A stretch of DNA of 61,158 nt, counting the filler, from Pirum gemmata (lineage: Eukaryota): assembly GCA_002812295.1 (NCBI GenBank). It is 17 parts of 17 records of this genome, joined end to end, with 100 filler letters (N's around TTAATTAATTAA, not from the genome) between each part and the next. Parts side by side here need not be neighbours in the genome. Positions count along the whole stretch, not along the records: positions 22,512 to 25,632 come from PDIN01003429.1; positions 25,733 to 28,857 come from PDIN01003430.1; positions 28,958 to 32,073 come from PDIN01003431.1; positions 32,174 to 35,292 come from PDIN01003432.1; positions 35,393 to 38,532 come from PDIN01003434.1; 12 more parts are not named here. One strand, 5' to 3'. Below, in pieces: positions 24,295 to 35,874 of this stretch (position 1 is its first letter; each line of letters begins with the position of its first letter). A model generated the notes under the pieces. The model was not told the DNA's origin. It worked only from the letters and a program-made list of their open reading frames with translations, and did not search any database. The position numbers were made by a program, and so were the translations under genes.

Positions 24295-25299
24295 TTAAAA
24301 TATGTTATGGATTAACAGATTAAACGTAATCAAAGCAAGCCCAAAGCTAATTACTGTGGAGCCTGATTTTATAGTAAGTTCTCCAACAGCTCCTGTGGCT
24401 TGAACGTATACAGTAGTTGTAACTGTTCTAGTCACCGTGGTTATTAGAGTATTTTTTGGAGTTTTTTTTGGTGACTCCCTAATCGGGATGCCAATACACT
24501 TATAATACCATATGTTATTATTATCCCAATCTTTATTTTCTTTATGCAATCCTGGGCAACATTGTTTTTCAGAGCGAAACCTAAAAGGGTCGTCCATATA
24601 TTTAGTACAATCCTTATTATAATCCTTATTATAATCATTATTATTATTATTGACAGCTTTATCTCCATCATAATTATTTGTCCCAGAATAACTGGGGTCA
24701 TCGATTCCTCGAAGTCTGGCTGCCGAATAATAATATTGGGCTTGACCCGTGGGGATGTTACTATTTACGCCGGTAACTATCCAGTAAAATTCCATTAGGC
24801 AATCAGAGCCACATTCTTCGGGTAGGTGCTGGGCTTCAATATCACTTCTACGATACTTTTCAACACAGTTATCGTGATGAAAAATTCTCTTAGATACAGA
24901 GCCTTTAACAACATAAACAGCACAAGGACCGTGGTGATCAACAATGAAATGATCAGCATTGTGGTTTTGCCATTTTACTTTTCTAGGGGCCTCTTGCGAT
25001 TGAAAATTAGTACGTTGATTATACTCATTTTGGTTGATATTTTTAGCTTTATAAAGATTGCGCAAATCTCCTTTATATTGACTTCTACCAAAATCACGGG
25101 CAAAAGCGACCATGTCAGTATTAGGATGGTGACCATAATTTTGTCTCATGCCAGGTGCAATATCATTACAAAATTCGGTTTTCATAGGGTCGTTTCGTTT
25201 TTGACTGCCCCAAGGTACTTTTAAAGTACCATGGGACATTACGTCAGTCGTTAAAAGGGTGGCGGTTGTAAGGCCAAAAGCTTTAAAAATGGAACCCAT
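24295..25299 (-). CDS. Secreted AA17-like LPMO paralog + small Cys/aromatic module + Thr-rich linker + hydrophobic C-terminus (GPI-like)
   Basis: Same His23/HHGPC/FYW/QxY motifs and high identity to 22584-23723 over about 200 aa. Then CCPGL..WYYKC and a C-terminal VISFGLALITFNLLIHNIF. Confidence 0.75.
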   Translation of the reverse strand: MGSIFKAFGLTTATLLTTDVMSHGTLKVPWGSQKRNDPMKTEFCNDIAPGMRQNYGHHPNTDMVAFARDFGRSQYKGDLRNLYKAKNINQNEYNQRTNFQSQEAPRKVKWQNHNADHFIVDHHGPCAVYVVKGSVSKRIFHHDNCVEKYRRSDIEAQHLPEECGSDCLMEFYWIVTGVNSNIPTGQAQYYYSAARLRGIDDPSYSGTNNYDGDKAVNNNNNDYNKDYNKDCTKYMDDPFRFRSEKQCCPGLHKENKDWDNNNIWYYKCIGIPIRESPKKTPKNTLITTVTRTVTTTVYVQATGAVGELTIKSGSTVISFGLALITFNLLIHNIF

Positions 25300-26852
25300 A
25301 TTTATTTATTTTCGTTTTGAGATAAATAAATAGTTTAATTTTGTTTTTGTTTTTAGCTTTAGCTTTAGCTTTTGATTTTGATTTTATTTTATTTTTATAT
25401 TTTTTATTTTTTAATTTTAATCTAAAAAATCTAACAAAAAAGCATGAAAATAACCCTTTTATATTCCCAAAACCAAAACCAAATAATTTTTTTTTTTCTT
25501 TTTTAATTTATTAAAATAAGAATAAATTAAATAATTTTAATTAATGACTTTTAATTTTTAATAATAGTAACAGTTTAAACCAATAATAATAATTATAATT
25601 ATCAATAATAATTAATAATAATAATAATAATTNNNNNNNNNNNNNNNNNNNNNNNNNNNNNNNNNNNNNNNNNNNNTTAATTAATTAANNNNNNNNNNNN
25701 NNNNNNNNNNNNNNNNNNNNNNNNNNNNNNNNAAAAAAAACCAAAAAAAATAAATTAAATAAAAAAAAAAAGAAAAAAATGCTAAAAGAGAGTTCACTAA
25801 GAGTGGTTAGTCAATTACTACTATATATATGGGAAAATTAATAATAATAAACAATTCCACAGACCCAGGGTTAGTCAACTGTTTTTTGTTAGCTATTGAG
25901 TTAGGCTATGATACCGTCTCAGCTATCGGGCTAGACTAATGATACCGTCTCCCGTCTCAGTATAACATAACCACTTATTGCATGTTTTAAATATAAAAAG
26001 TTTTTTTTTTTTTTTTTTGCTCGTTTTTTTTTTTTTTTTTAAATTTTAAAATTTTTTTTTTTTTTTTTAGCTCTATTTTTTTTTTTTTTTTTCAAAATCC
26101 AATCATTGTCTTAAGTCAGCAAAATTAAGTCAGCAAAAATGAATTATTCTTGAAAATGCACTAACTTCCCTTTATTCAATTTTTAAAATTAAGTTTAAAT
26201 TATTTTAAGTTCGCTTAATCTTTTTTTTTTTTTTGATTGGAAAATAGTTTATTAACAGCTTTTCCATTTTTATTTTTTGTTTTAATTTTTTTTTTCTAGG
26301 AACTCGCATTAATTCTTATCAATCTAAAGTACTTGGAATAGAACAAACTCGTAACAAATATAATAGAAAACCAATTGGACCACAGTGAGGCAAAAGGAAT
26401 TGGATATTAGTAAACGATCTCAATCTAGAGCTCTGCCTAGATCTCTACCTAATGTATCTTACTATAGGTGTGAATCTATCTAGAAAAGTTCTATTCCTCC
26501 AATGGGAAACTCTGATACCCAAATGAAAAATTATTTGTCTTGCGAGGAAGAGCTAAAGAAATTGCAGTATTTGGACACATCACTTGAAGGTTAGATAAAT
26601 TTAGTATGTGTTTTTCTGGATTTTCTAAGTGACTACTAGACTACTATGTGGATAAGAGTTGACCTATTGACCATCACCTGAAGGTTTTGGGTTTTATATT
26701 TTATATGCGTTTTGCTGGCTAAATTTAGTACGTGTTTTTCTAGGTTATGTAAATGGCTATTACAATGTAGATAAGGGTGGTTTGGCTATTAACCCAATAA
26801 TAATTCTTCAACAACACTTATAAATTTTCTTGTGGCAATACTTTATCCTTGA

Positions 26853-27196
26853 TTGTAAAATGGTGATAAAACTTAAATGAAGGGTTACGGTTAGGACCAT
26901 GATTTTATACGAAGGGATTTCCGAATTATCAAAGATCGAAAAGTTATTTCATATCCCCCCCCACTTTTTTTTTTTTTTAGCTAAATTTAATTATACTTTT
27001 ATTATACTTTTATTTGCTACTATATACTAAGGGGTAAGTGTTGATTGTAAAATGGTGCTAAAACTTATATAAAGGGCTGGGTCAGGGTCATGGGTTTATA
27101 CGAAGGGATTTCCAAATTATCAAAGATCAAAAAGTTCTTTTTACATACCCCCCCTACTACTACTACTACTACTAGCTACATTACTAAGGGGTAAAT
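26853..27196 (+). repeat. Imperfect tandem duplication, unit about 190 bp
   Basis: TTGATTGTAAAATGGTG..TATACGAAGGGATTTCC..TACTAAGGGGTAA occurs twice. Confidence 0.8.
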
Positions 27197-27339
27197 TTCA
27201 TAAATTTCTCTTAATTATTTTTTGTTAAAAACATACCATTAAATTTATGTATATCAGAGCATGGTAGTTTTTATTTTTCTTTTTTTCAAGGAAAAGATTA
27301 TGAAAAAGAGCGATTTCATACTGTAAAATATTGCCTGAA

Positions 27340-27786
27340 AGATTATTAAACCCCCCTTATGCGAGTACCCATCAACAAAATCGATGGCTTCACACAAAGT
27401 TCCCAATGCCATGAGCTCTTTTTGGAGAGATTTTAATCATTCGAAACTGTTACGCGATTTCACGTTAACCCATCAGAAGCCTTATATCAAGGGAGACGAT
27501 GTTCAAGAATTCTTTTGTGAAGGGGATTTTAATCAACGAAAACTCTTATTCGTTTGCTTATTTTGCCCACAATATCATAAGAGCTCTTTTTTGGAGAGAT
27601 TTTTATCAATCGAAACCATTTGCGATTGCACGTTAACCAATCAGAAGTCTTAAATTAAAGTACACGATGCCCAAGAATTCTTTTGTGAGGGAATTTTAAT
27701 CAACCAAATCTTTTATGCGTTTGCTCGTTAACTAATAAGTCTTATTATAAAGACCCACAATATCATAGAGCTCTTTTGTGAAGAGG
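27340..27786 (+). repeat. Degenerate tandem repeat (about 85-bp subunit, about 165-bp dimer), possibly a decayed coding repeat
   Basis: Recurring GAGCTCTTTT/GAATTCTTTTGTGA..GATTTTAATCAA..CGTTAAC..AAGTCTTA. Confidence 0.6.
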
Positions 27787-28623
27787 TATTAATATATGTG
27801 ATGAAGTATTAATATATCAATACCCATATGCTAAGGAGAATAAGAAGCTTTTTCGTAGCTAGGTTTATTTTGTTGTTTATTATAAATTTTTATTTTTAAA
27901 TTTGGTGTATATTTTGACTTTATTTAAAAGACTATATAATATTTAATAACTGATGCTATTTCTTAACCCCTGACCCCTGCCCTTTGGCCCCTGACCCCTA
28001 ACTCCTGACCCTTTACCCCTAATCCCTAAACCCCCAACCTTTAAACCCCCATCCCGTTAACCCCTAACCCTTTAAGCCCCAACTCTTTAACTCTTTAACT
28101 CTTTAACCCCTGGCCCTTTAACCCTTTAACCCTATTCTATATATATCATATGTATATATTAAATTTCGAATTATATTTAGTAATTCTGAGGCTTTAAAAA
28201 TATAAATTGTCTCTGTTATTGTTTTTTCGAGTTTTTATGCTTGAAAAGAAAATTGAACAACTGCAACAACCCCAAAAACAATGCAATTTTCGAGTTATTC
28301 AGATAAGGGTTAGCGTGTTGGGTTAAAAGGGTTAAAGGGTTAAAGGATTCACGAGTTAAACAGTTAACGGGTTAACGGGTTAACTGGTTAAAAGTTCACG
28401 AGTTAAACGGTTAACGGGTTAAAGGGTGTAACTATTGGGGAGGAGGTCCATCGTGTTCACCTTAATTTAAACATTGCCGTTTAAGTTCATTAACCTGGGT
28501 TTTTTGGTTAACAAAACAATACTAATATATGATAATGCTAATATTAATGTTAATGATAATCATAATGATAATGATAATGATAGTGATAATGGATTTGACT
28601 TGTTGCTTTTCATAAACTATGCT

Positions 28624-28814
28624 TCAAACAAATTTACGTCTTCGTTTCCTTTTTTCTTTTAATTTTTCAAGTCGACTTTCAAATTCTATTTTTCGATAAC
28701 CCATTCCAAAATTATCAAGCCGTTGAAAAAATAAATCATAATGATATTCGAATATCATTACACTTTTACTTTTACTTAACTCGTGAAAGTACGCAATAGC
28801 CTCTTCGCCTTTTC
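28624..28814 (-). CDS. Probable terminal exon of an unknown gene
   Basis: AT-rich intron-like tract ending TTAG|GA, then 62 normal-composition codons ending in basic KEKRKRRRKFV-stop. Confidence 0.4.
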
Positions 28815-28983
28815 CTAATAATAATAATAGCAATAGCAATAGAAATAATAATAATAANNNNNNNNNNNNNNNNNNNNNNNNNNNNNNNNNNNNNNNNNNN
28901 NTTAATTAATTAANNNNNNNNNNNNNNNNNNNNNNNNNNNNNNNNNNNNNNNNNNNNTAATAATAATAATAATAATAATAATA

Positions 28984-29121
28984 ATGGTGCAAAAATGTGC
29001 AAACAATTTAAAAACATCCAACCTTTGAGTTTTACCATAATTTTTAGTTTTCGAATATAGGTATTTAATAGGTTTGAAACTAAGTAAAAAAAGTAGTACG
29101 TTTTTAGAATGTTTGCACCAT
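28984..29121. mobile_element. MITE family G (TIR ATGGTGCAAA); other copies 32356-32534, about 2700-2886, about 29536-29715
   Basis: ATGGTGCAAA...TTTGCACCAT ends; shared internal AACCTATTAAATACCTATTACA. Confidence 0.75.
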
Positions 29122-29140
29122 TATGATATCATGATAGGCC

Positions 29141-29372
29141 AGTAGGGGTGAGGTATCTACTGGAACTTTTTTCGAACGGATTCTTATCGAACCAACCTTA
29201 GTTCCGTGTTCTTTACTAATAATAGCAGTAAAATAGCCTAAAATAGTAAAACTAATTATAGTAGATACCAATTACAGTAATAATATTTACATTAATAGTA
29301 ACAAAACCATAAAATCGGAAAAGTTCCGGCAGCTGTTCATTAATAATAAAATGACGTCATCTCACCCCTACT
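29141..29372 (+). mobile_element. MITE family A2
   Basis: TIR AGTAGGGGTGAG...CTCACCCCTACT; decayed TSD GATAGGCC/TATAAGCC (6 of 8 match). Confidence 0.85.
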
Positions 29373-29735
29373 TATAAGCCTCATGTACGTATTACTACGT
29401 AACGCCAATTTCCGGTCAAATATAGCTTCAAATACCCTTACCTACCTACCTCTCGACGTTAATTTCCGGTCAAATACCACCTACCTACCTACCCCTTGAC
29501 GTGACGTATTGTTTGAAGGCTCCCTTAGCTATCATAACATTCTAAAAACGTCCTACTTTTTTTTACCAATTAAAAGTCCCAATTTTTTTTTTTATATGTT
29601 CGAAAATTTAGAACCTATTAAATACCTATTACATTACTTATGTTCGAAAATTGAAAATTTTATATAGTGAACTCCAAAAGTCGAACGTTTTTTTTAAAAA
29701 AAAAAATAGTTTGTATGAATTGTTATGATTAAAAC

Positions 29736-29965
29736 AGTAGGGGTGAGATATCTACTGGAACTTTTCTCGAACAGGTACTTATCGAGCCAACCTTAGTTCC
29801 GTGTTTTTACTAATAATAGCAGTTAAATAGTCTAAAATAGTAAATCTAATTTAATAGATACCAATTATAGTAAGAACATTAACATTAATAGTAATAAAAC
29901 CATAAAATCGGAAAAGTTCCGACAGCTGTTCGGTAATAATAAAATGACGTCATCTCACCCCTACT
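29736..29965 (+). mobile_element. MITE family A2 (truncated reverse copy at 60902-61111)
   Basis: Perfect TIR AGTAGGGGTGAGAT; perfect 8-bp TSD ATTAAAAC (29728-29735, 29966-29973). Confidence 0.92.
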
Positions 29966-30394
29966 ATTAAAACTATGATTTTAAAAGCTCAATAGCTACT
30001 AGCTACGCTATAGCTATGATAGTATGATATTGATAGCTACTAGCTAGACAAAAACCCACTAAAAACCAAAAAAAAACCCAGAACAAAAACCTCTGACCAA
30101 AAGAGCCCAAAAGTATGATGTGAGCCACAAAATGCCCAATTACCCAATACCCACCCACCTCAGAACCAATTACTACTTTTGTGGGCATTCAAATTTCAAG
30201 GTCAATAATTCTGTAATTTCTGTTACAATGTAATAGGCTAGTAGATTTCTCCTCCCTAATTTAGGTCAATCATCTTGTTGCACAGCAGCACAGCAACGTT
30301 TCCAGAATCCAAGATTGGGTAAAGATTGGATTTTTAACCAAATCGGGCACGCCCACTGACCCCTGAATGGTCCCGTCAGGGAAATTTTTCATAC

Positions 30395-30428
<34 letters not shown>

Positions 30429-30776
30429 CATACAAATATTTTACCTCATGAAAAAACACTGAAAAAACTTGGTCTTTGGAATTTCGATTCTCGATTACTA
30501 GAATGTAATGGTAATCTAATATTATTATATATAATAAATAGAAATAAATAGGCTTGTAAAATGGTAAAATAAACGATAATAAACGCTCACTTTCTTATCA
30601 CCCAAATAAAGAAATAAATTTCTTACAGGTATGAATCCCATAGTAATCCCATAGTAATCCGGGCTACTCCCATTCATATAAAATAAATGCTACTAGATGC
30701 TACATTGCTACTAGCTAGCTAGAATAACAAATGATTAGTCAGAATTTCAAAAACAATTTTAGATCATAACCTCTAC

Positions 30777-31080
30777 TAGACTTCTCTACTAGCTAGACTC
30801 TTCCTAGACTTCTCCCAATTCTACCCGGGCAGAATTTGGTCTTTTTCGAGAAATAACAAAATGGTGTTTTTCCTCTCTAACTCAAAAATTAATTTTTTGA
30901 AAAAAAAAAAAAAGGAGATTGATTCTAACACTATAAAATATAAACTCGAAATGTTCAAACCTATGTATTTATTATTTATTAATAAACTCGAAAAATTAAT
31001 TTCGAACAGACCAAACAGACCAGATTTCGGGGCAGAAGGCAGAAGCAGAAAGTGGTAGGGGCAGAATTCGGAGAAGTCTA
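30777..31080. mobile_element. hAT-like MITE (related ends at about 31970, 34860 and 14128-14330)
   Basis: TAGACTTCTC(CCAATTCT)...AGAATTCGGAGAAGTCTA termini; 8-bp TSD ACCTCTAC (30769-30776, 31081-31088). Confidence 0.8.
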
Positions 31081-31471
31081 ACCTCTACCGATCTACAGGG
31101 TCAAGCTAGCTAGTAGCTAGCTAGCTCTATTCTACTACTAGCTAGGTCGAGAACAATACAATTATTACTTACTCATCATAGACAAGTATGTATATTATGG
31201 TCTTATATTGTATTAATTGGGTACTCTTTATTGTATATTTTATTATGACAAAACAACTGAAAAGCACGATAGGTCTATGAAAAACACAACAAATAACAAC
31301 CAACTGACAATCAAATCATTAACTTATACCAAAGTATTATGGAACAAATCAACATAATACAACTTTGAAATTTAACTATCGATATATAACTATAACCTAC
31401 TGCTACTCCTTTTTTTACAAAGGAAAACAAAAACAAATAAAAAAATAAAATAAAATTTCTCTTTATATGAT

Positions 31472-31511
<40 letters not shown>

Positions 31512-31521
31512 TTTTTTTATT

Positions 31522-31552
<31 letters not shown>

Positions 31553-33039
31553 AGATAGAGTCTTAAAATAGTAGTAGCTATAGCGGTTTTTTCCAAAGGT
31601 ATCAATCATAATAAATTATTGTCTATTTCATTGCAGTTGTCTTCAATCTTTAATTTGGTACTGTTTAAATATATAATTGAACTTGTTTATAAATACAAAA
31701 CATTAAGTATAAAATACCAAATTAATTAAAACATGTCTGATAGTTTAACGATAATAATAATTTAGTAGGTTCATTTCAGTTTTTGAACTGGGCAACACTA
31801 TTGAAAAACACAATAATATCATAATTATCATATCATATACCCAGGACCCACTATTGAAAAACACAATATATCATAATTATCGTATCATATACCCAGGACC
31901 CATTTTGAAAAAAAATTCTGGTGTAATTTTTTAAAACTCGTAACATGAGTGGATGGTGTAACTATTGACTAGGCTTTTCCCAATTCTGCTCTGTTTAAAA
32001 ATCGAGATTTCGAGTCTATATATTAATTATTAAGTTCGAAATGTTCAATATTACAATTAAGTATTCAAATATANNNNNNNNNNNNNNNNNNNNNNNNNNN
32101 NNNNNNNNNNNNNNNNNTTAATTAATTAANNNNNNNNNNNNNNNNNNNNNNNNNNNNNNNNNNNNNNNNNNNNTAATAATAATAATAATAATAATAATTT
32201 AAAAAATATAATAATAATAATTATTATTATATAGCACTGCCATGGATAATTTTTACTAGACCATTTTACTTTTTTCCAACAACAAAAAAAGGAGAAATCC
32301 AGCAACAAAAAAAGGAGAAAGAGCCAATAGGGGGGCCTACACACACTAGCTAGCTATGGTGCAAACAATCTAAAAACGTTTTACTTTTTTTTTTACTACT
32401 TTTAAAAATCCAACCTTTTTTTTCTCTGTTCGAAAATTCCAAACCTATTAAATACCTATTACATGACTTTTGTTTGAAAACTTTAAATTCTGGTGAATCA
32501 CAAAAGTTGGACGTTTTTAAATCTTTTGCACCATAGCTGCACAGTGCACACTCACACACACTCACACACTCACAATTGTTTCGATTTTCCTCTTCCTTGT
32601 GGGAGGATTTTCTCTGAAAACCAAAATACTCCCAGGACTCTCCCAGGTAATCTAACTCGGTATTGGTGTATTTGTATTCCCAAACAATTCCTCAAACAAG
32701 GTATACCATATTCGGGCCAATAATGCGGCCCGTTGATAGTGGAACATTTTATAGCTATACTGCTTTTCAGTTGTTTTGTTTTGTCATCTGTTAAACCAAA
32801 AGTTGATCAAGCTGGCGTAGTGGTTATCCCCAAATATACAATAAATAATACCAAATATAATACAATATAAATCCATTTAATTTAATTTGGAATATTTTAT
32901 TTTCTATTTATTGATTTAAAAATGTCAATTTAATTAAAGATTATAACCCTCTAAATAAATGTTCAGAGTGAGAAAATAAATGAAAGGCACGATACTAGGA
33001 CTTTGTAGTCTAGTAAGTACTTAGTTTGTATCTGATAGA

Positions 33040-33142
33040 GGGTTAGGGTTAGGGTTAGGGTTAGGGTTAGGGTTAGGGTTAGGGTTAGGGTTAGGGTTAG
33101 GGTTAGGGTTAGGGTTAGGGTTAGGGTTAGGGTTAGGGTTAG
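33040..33142 (+). repeat. Pure interstitial (TTAGGG)17 array
   Basis: Perfect repeats with non-telomeric sequence on both sides and no assembly gap. Confidence 0.95.
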
Positions 33143-33218
33143 TCTTATTATAATATAGATGATATGGAAGTACATGGATACCTATTTATAGACGCTAGTA
33201 TAAGAAATATGCATATGC

Positions 33219-33584
33219 ATCGTGCTTTTCAGTTGTTTTGTCATTATAAACATATACTATAAAAGAGTACCACATTATTGTAATATAAATCCATTTCATT
33301 TAATTTGATATATTTTATTATCTATTAAATTTTATTCATTTATAAAAGTCAATTTAAATATTATCATAACCAACCAAATAAATATTCAGAGTGACAAAAT
33401 AAATGAAAAGAAAGTGGGAATGCAATGGCATTAAACATACTTACATAATCGTGCTTTTCAGTTATTTTGTCGTCATAAAATTAGGTATATTTTATTATCT
33501 ATGTATTGATTTAAAAATATCAATTTAAATATTATAACCCTACAAATAAATATTCAGAGTGAAAAAATAAATGAAAAGCACGAT
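33219..33584 (+). mobile_element. Two adjacent copies of the about 190-bp MITE family B; about 13 copies in the window (also about 2101, 19964, 31188, 32760, 34268, 45296, 45974, 50250, 51272, 56976, 58955)
   Basis: TIR TATYGTGCTTTTCA(G/T)TT...AATGAAAAGCACRATA; conserved core ATAAATCCATTT..AATTTGG..CCAAATAAATATTCAGAGTGAC. Confidence 0.85.
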
Positions 33585-33659
33585 GATATAATATCACCAG
33601 TGATATCTATAAAATTTAATACCCTCTAGTACTAGAGCTAGCTAGCTAGCTAGCTTAGT

Positions 33660-33960
33660 CAAACTATTTCTAAATATTTGGTAGCACTTCCATTTTAAAA
33701 AATTGGATATTTTTTGAGATTTTTTGGATTTTTGAGCTCATATTATGGCGGATGTGGCCATTTTTATCCATCCGGCTTGGTTAAAAAAAAAAAACTAGAC
33801 TAGAGTAGACCCCGTCTATCCAATTTTAATGTAAGTACTACCAAATTTTGAGAAATTGTATTACTAAGAAAACTCTATTATGAACCAATGAGTAATTTTT
33901 AAAAATAATTTGGTTAGTTAGCAAAACTTAGCATTTTAAAGGTTTTTTGAAAAGAAGTTT
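33660..33960. repeat. Dispersed repeat family H fragments (also about 19306-19420, 45555-45590, 48890-49040, 60760-60900)
   Basis: Shared TTTTTGGATTTTTGAGCTCATA..GGCGGATG and AAGAAAACTCTATTATGAACCAATG blocks. Confidence 0.7.
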
Positions 33961-35514
33961 TATCCGGGTTGGAAAAAAAAAAGCAACATTTTCTATAGGG
34001 CATAGACATTTTCTGCACATTTTCTGGAAATTTTTTTTTATCTTTGTTCACTTATTATTGACCAATAATGTAGTATTAAAGTGATTTTGATTAATAAAAT
34101 TATGACACACAAGTTATGACCACAACCACCACCGTAACCTCAGTATCATACCACTATTTTAATATGATTCAATAACCCACTGCAGAAAACATTCGAATAT
34201 ATCTCGATTTTTTGCAACTTGTATAAGGATGCTATATTTTACAATATCATCATTTCTATACTTTATCCTGCTTTTCAGTTGTTTTGTCATCATAAAATAC
34301 ATAATAAAGAGTACCAAAATTTAATTAATGTAATATAAATCCATTTTTATTTAATTTGGCATGTTTTATAATTTAATTATTAATTTAAAAATATTAATTT
34401 AAATATTATAACCAACAAAATAAATATTCAGAGTGACAAAATAAATGAAAAGCACAATAAAAAATACTAATAATAAATAATAATATTGGCTTGAAAGTCT
34501 TGAAAATTAAACAAAGCCCGAAAATTATCCATGGTAAAAAATGCTTGTTTGCCCTACAGTTTGTTTAGTTGTTGCCGCTTGAATCTATAGACATAGTCTA
34601 CCATATTTACAGGGGTTTTTTGGGTGTGTTTTTTTTTTATTCATGCAATTCTGCTCAAGCCCGAAAACTCGAATTTCTGCTGTCGAAAAAAAAGCTGAAA
34701 TTCAACCTGTTCGAAAATTATTTTTTTCAATTTTTTCGGGTTTATAAACAAATAAATATACTTGAATACTTAACTGTTAGCTTAAAATTTTCGAACTTAT
34801 TTAATTAATACGTAGGCTTGAAAGCTCGATTTTCTAAAAAGTAGAATTGGAAGAAGCCTAATGTCAAGCTGTAACTGGTGGTAGAACCTATCAGAGTTGT
34901 TATACAATGTTGTACGATAACATCAACGAATTATCATAAGACAAATATATCATAGAGGTAACCTAACATTGCGAGACCACATTTCATTAGGCGGTTAGAA
35001 CTCCTTTAAAACTTTTTATTTGAGTTTGCTTTTTTAAAAAAATTCTTACCTGAGAATTGTAGGGAATGTTATTGTTAATAACACATGATAATGATGTGTA
35101 AGCACTACTACACATAAATAAATCTAGTATTAATTATAATATGCTATCATAGTTGTAGCTAAAAACTCGATAATTGTTATTGTTGTTATCGAGGGCAAGG
35201 AAGTCCTACGACATCATTAATACTGGCAAGTCCAGGGACATGTTATCAATACATTTAATAATAATTAATATTATTAATTATTATTATTATTANNNNNNNN
35301 NNNNNNNNNNNNNNNNNNNNNNNNNNNNNNNNNNNNTTAATTAATTAANNNNNNNNNNNNNNNNNNNNNNNNNNNNNNNNNNNNNNNNNNNNTCAGCTAA
35401 GAAACTACATTTATAAATAAATAAAATAATATATTAATAATATTGATATCATAATAATAATTAAACAACAACAACAAACCATTTTTTGAACGTTGAACAA
35501 CAACAAAAAAAAAG

Positions 35515-35549
<35 letters not shown>

Positions 35550-35874
35550 ATTTATTTAAATGAAAAAAAAAATAAAAAAAAAAAAGAAACACACACACCA
35601 GACAAAAACATAAAATAAAATCCACATAAAATTACAAAAATAACAAAAAAAGAAAGAAATATAGAGAAATACTATGTGAATATTTTTATAATGCACTTTT
35701 TTTCAGTTTGAATAAAACAAGTCAACTCATTTGAGCAGCAAAAACAGCAACAGCAGCAACAGCAGCAACAACAGCAACAGTCAGCAACGTTAATAGCAAC
35801 GGCACGGTAGCAGCAACTACAACAAATTGTCAGAAAGCAGAATTTCTTATTTTTTTTGAAACTTCACACCGAAA

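Noticed and set aside
26300..26590. Exon-like segment bounded by CTAG| and |GTTAG
   Set aside because: In-frame stops and TAG-rich inserts, no recognisable domain; at best a decayed exon.
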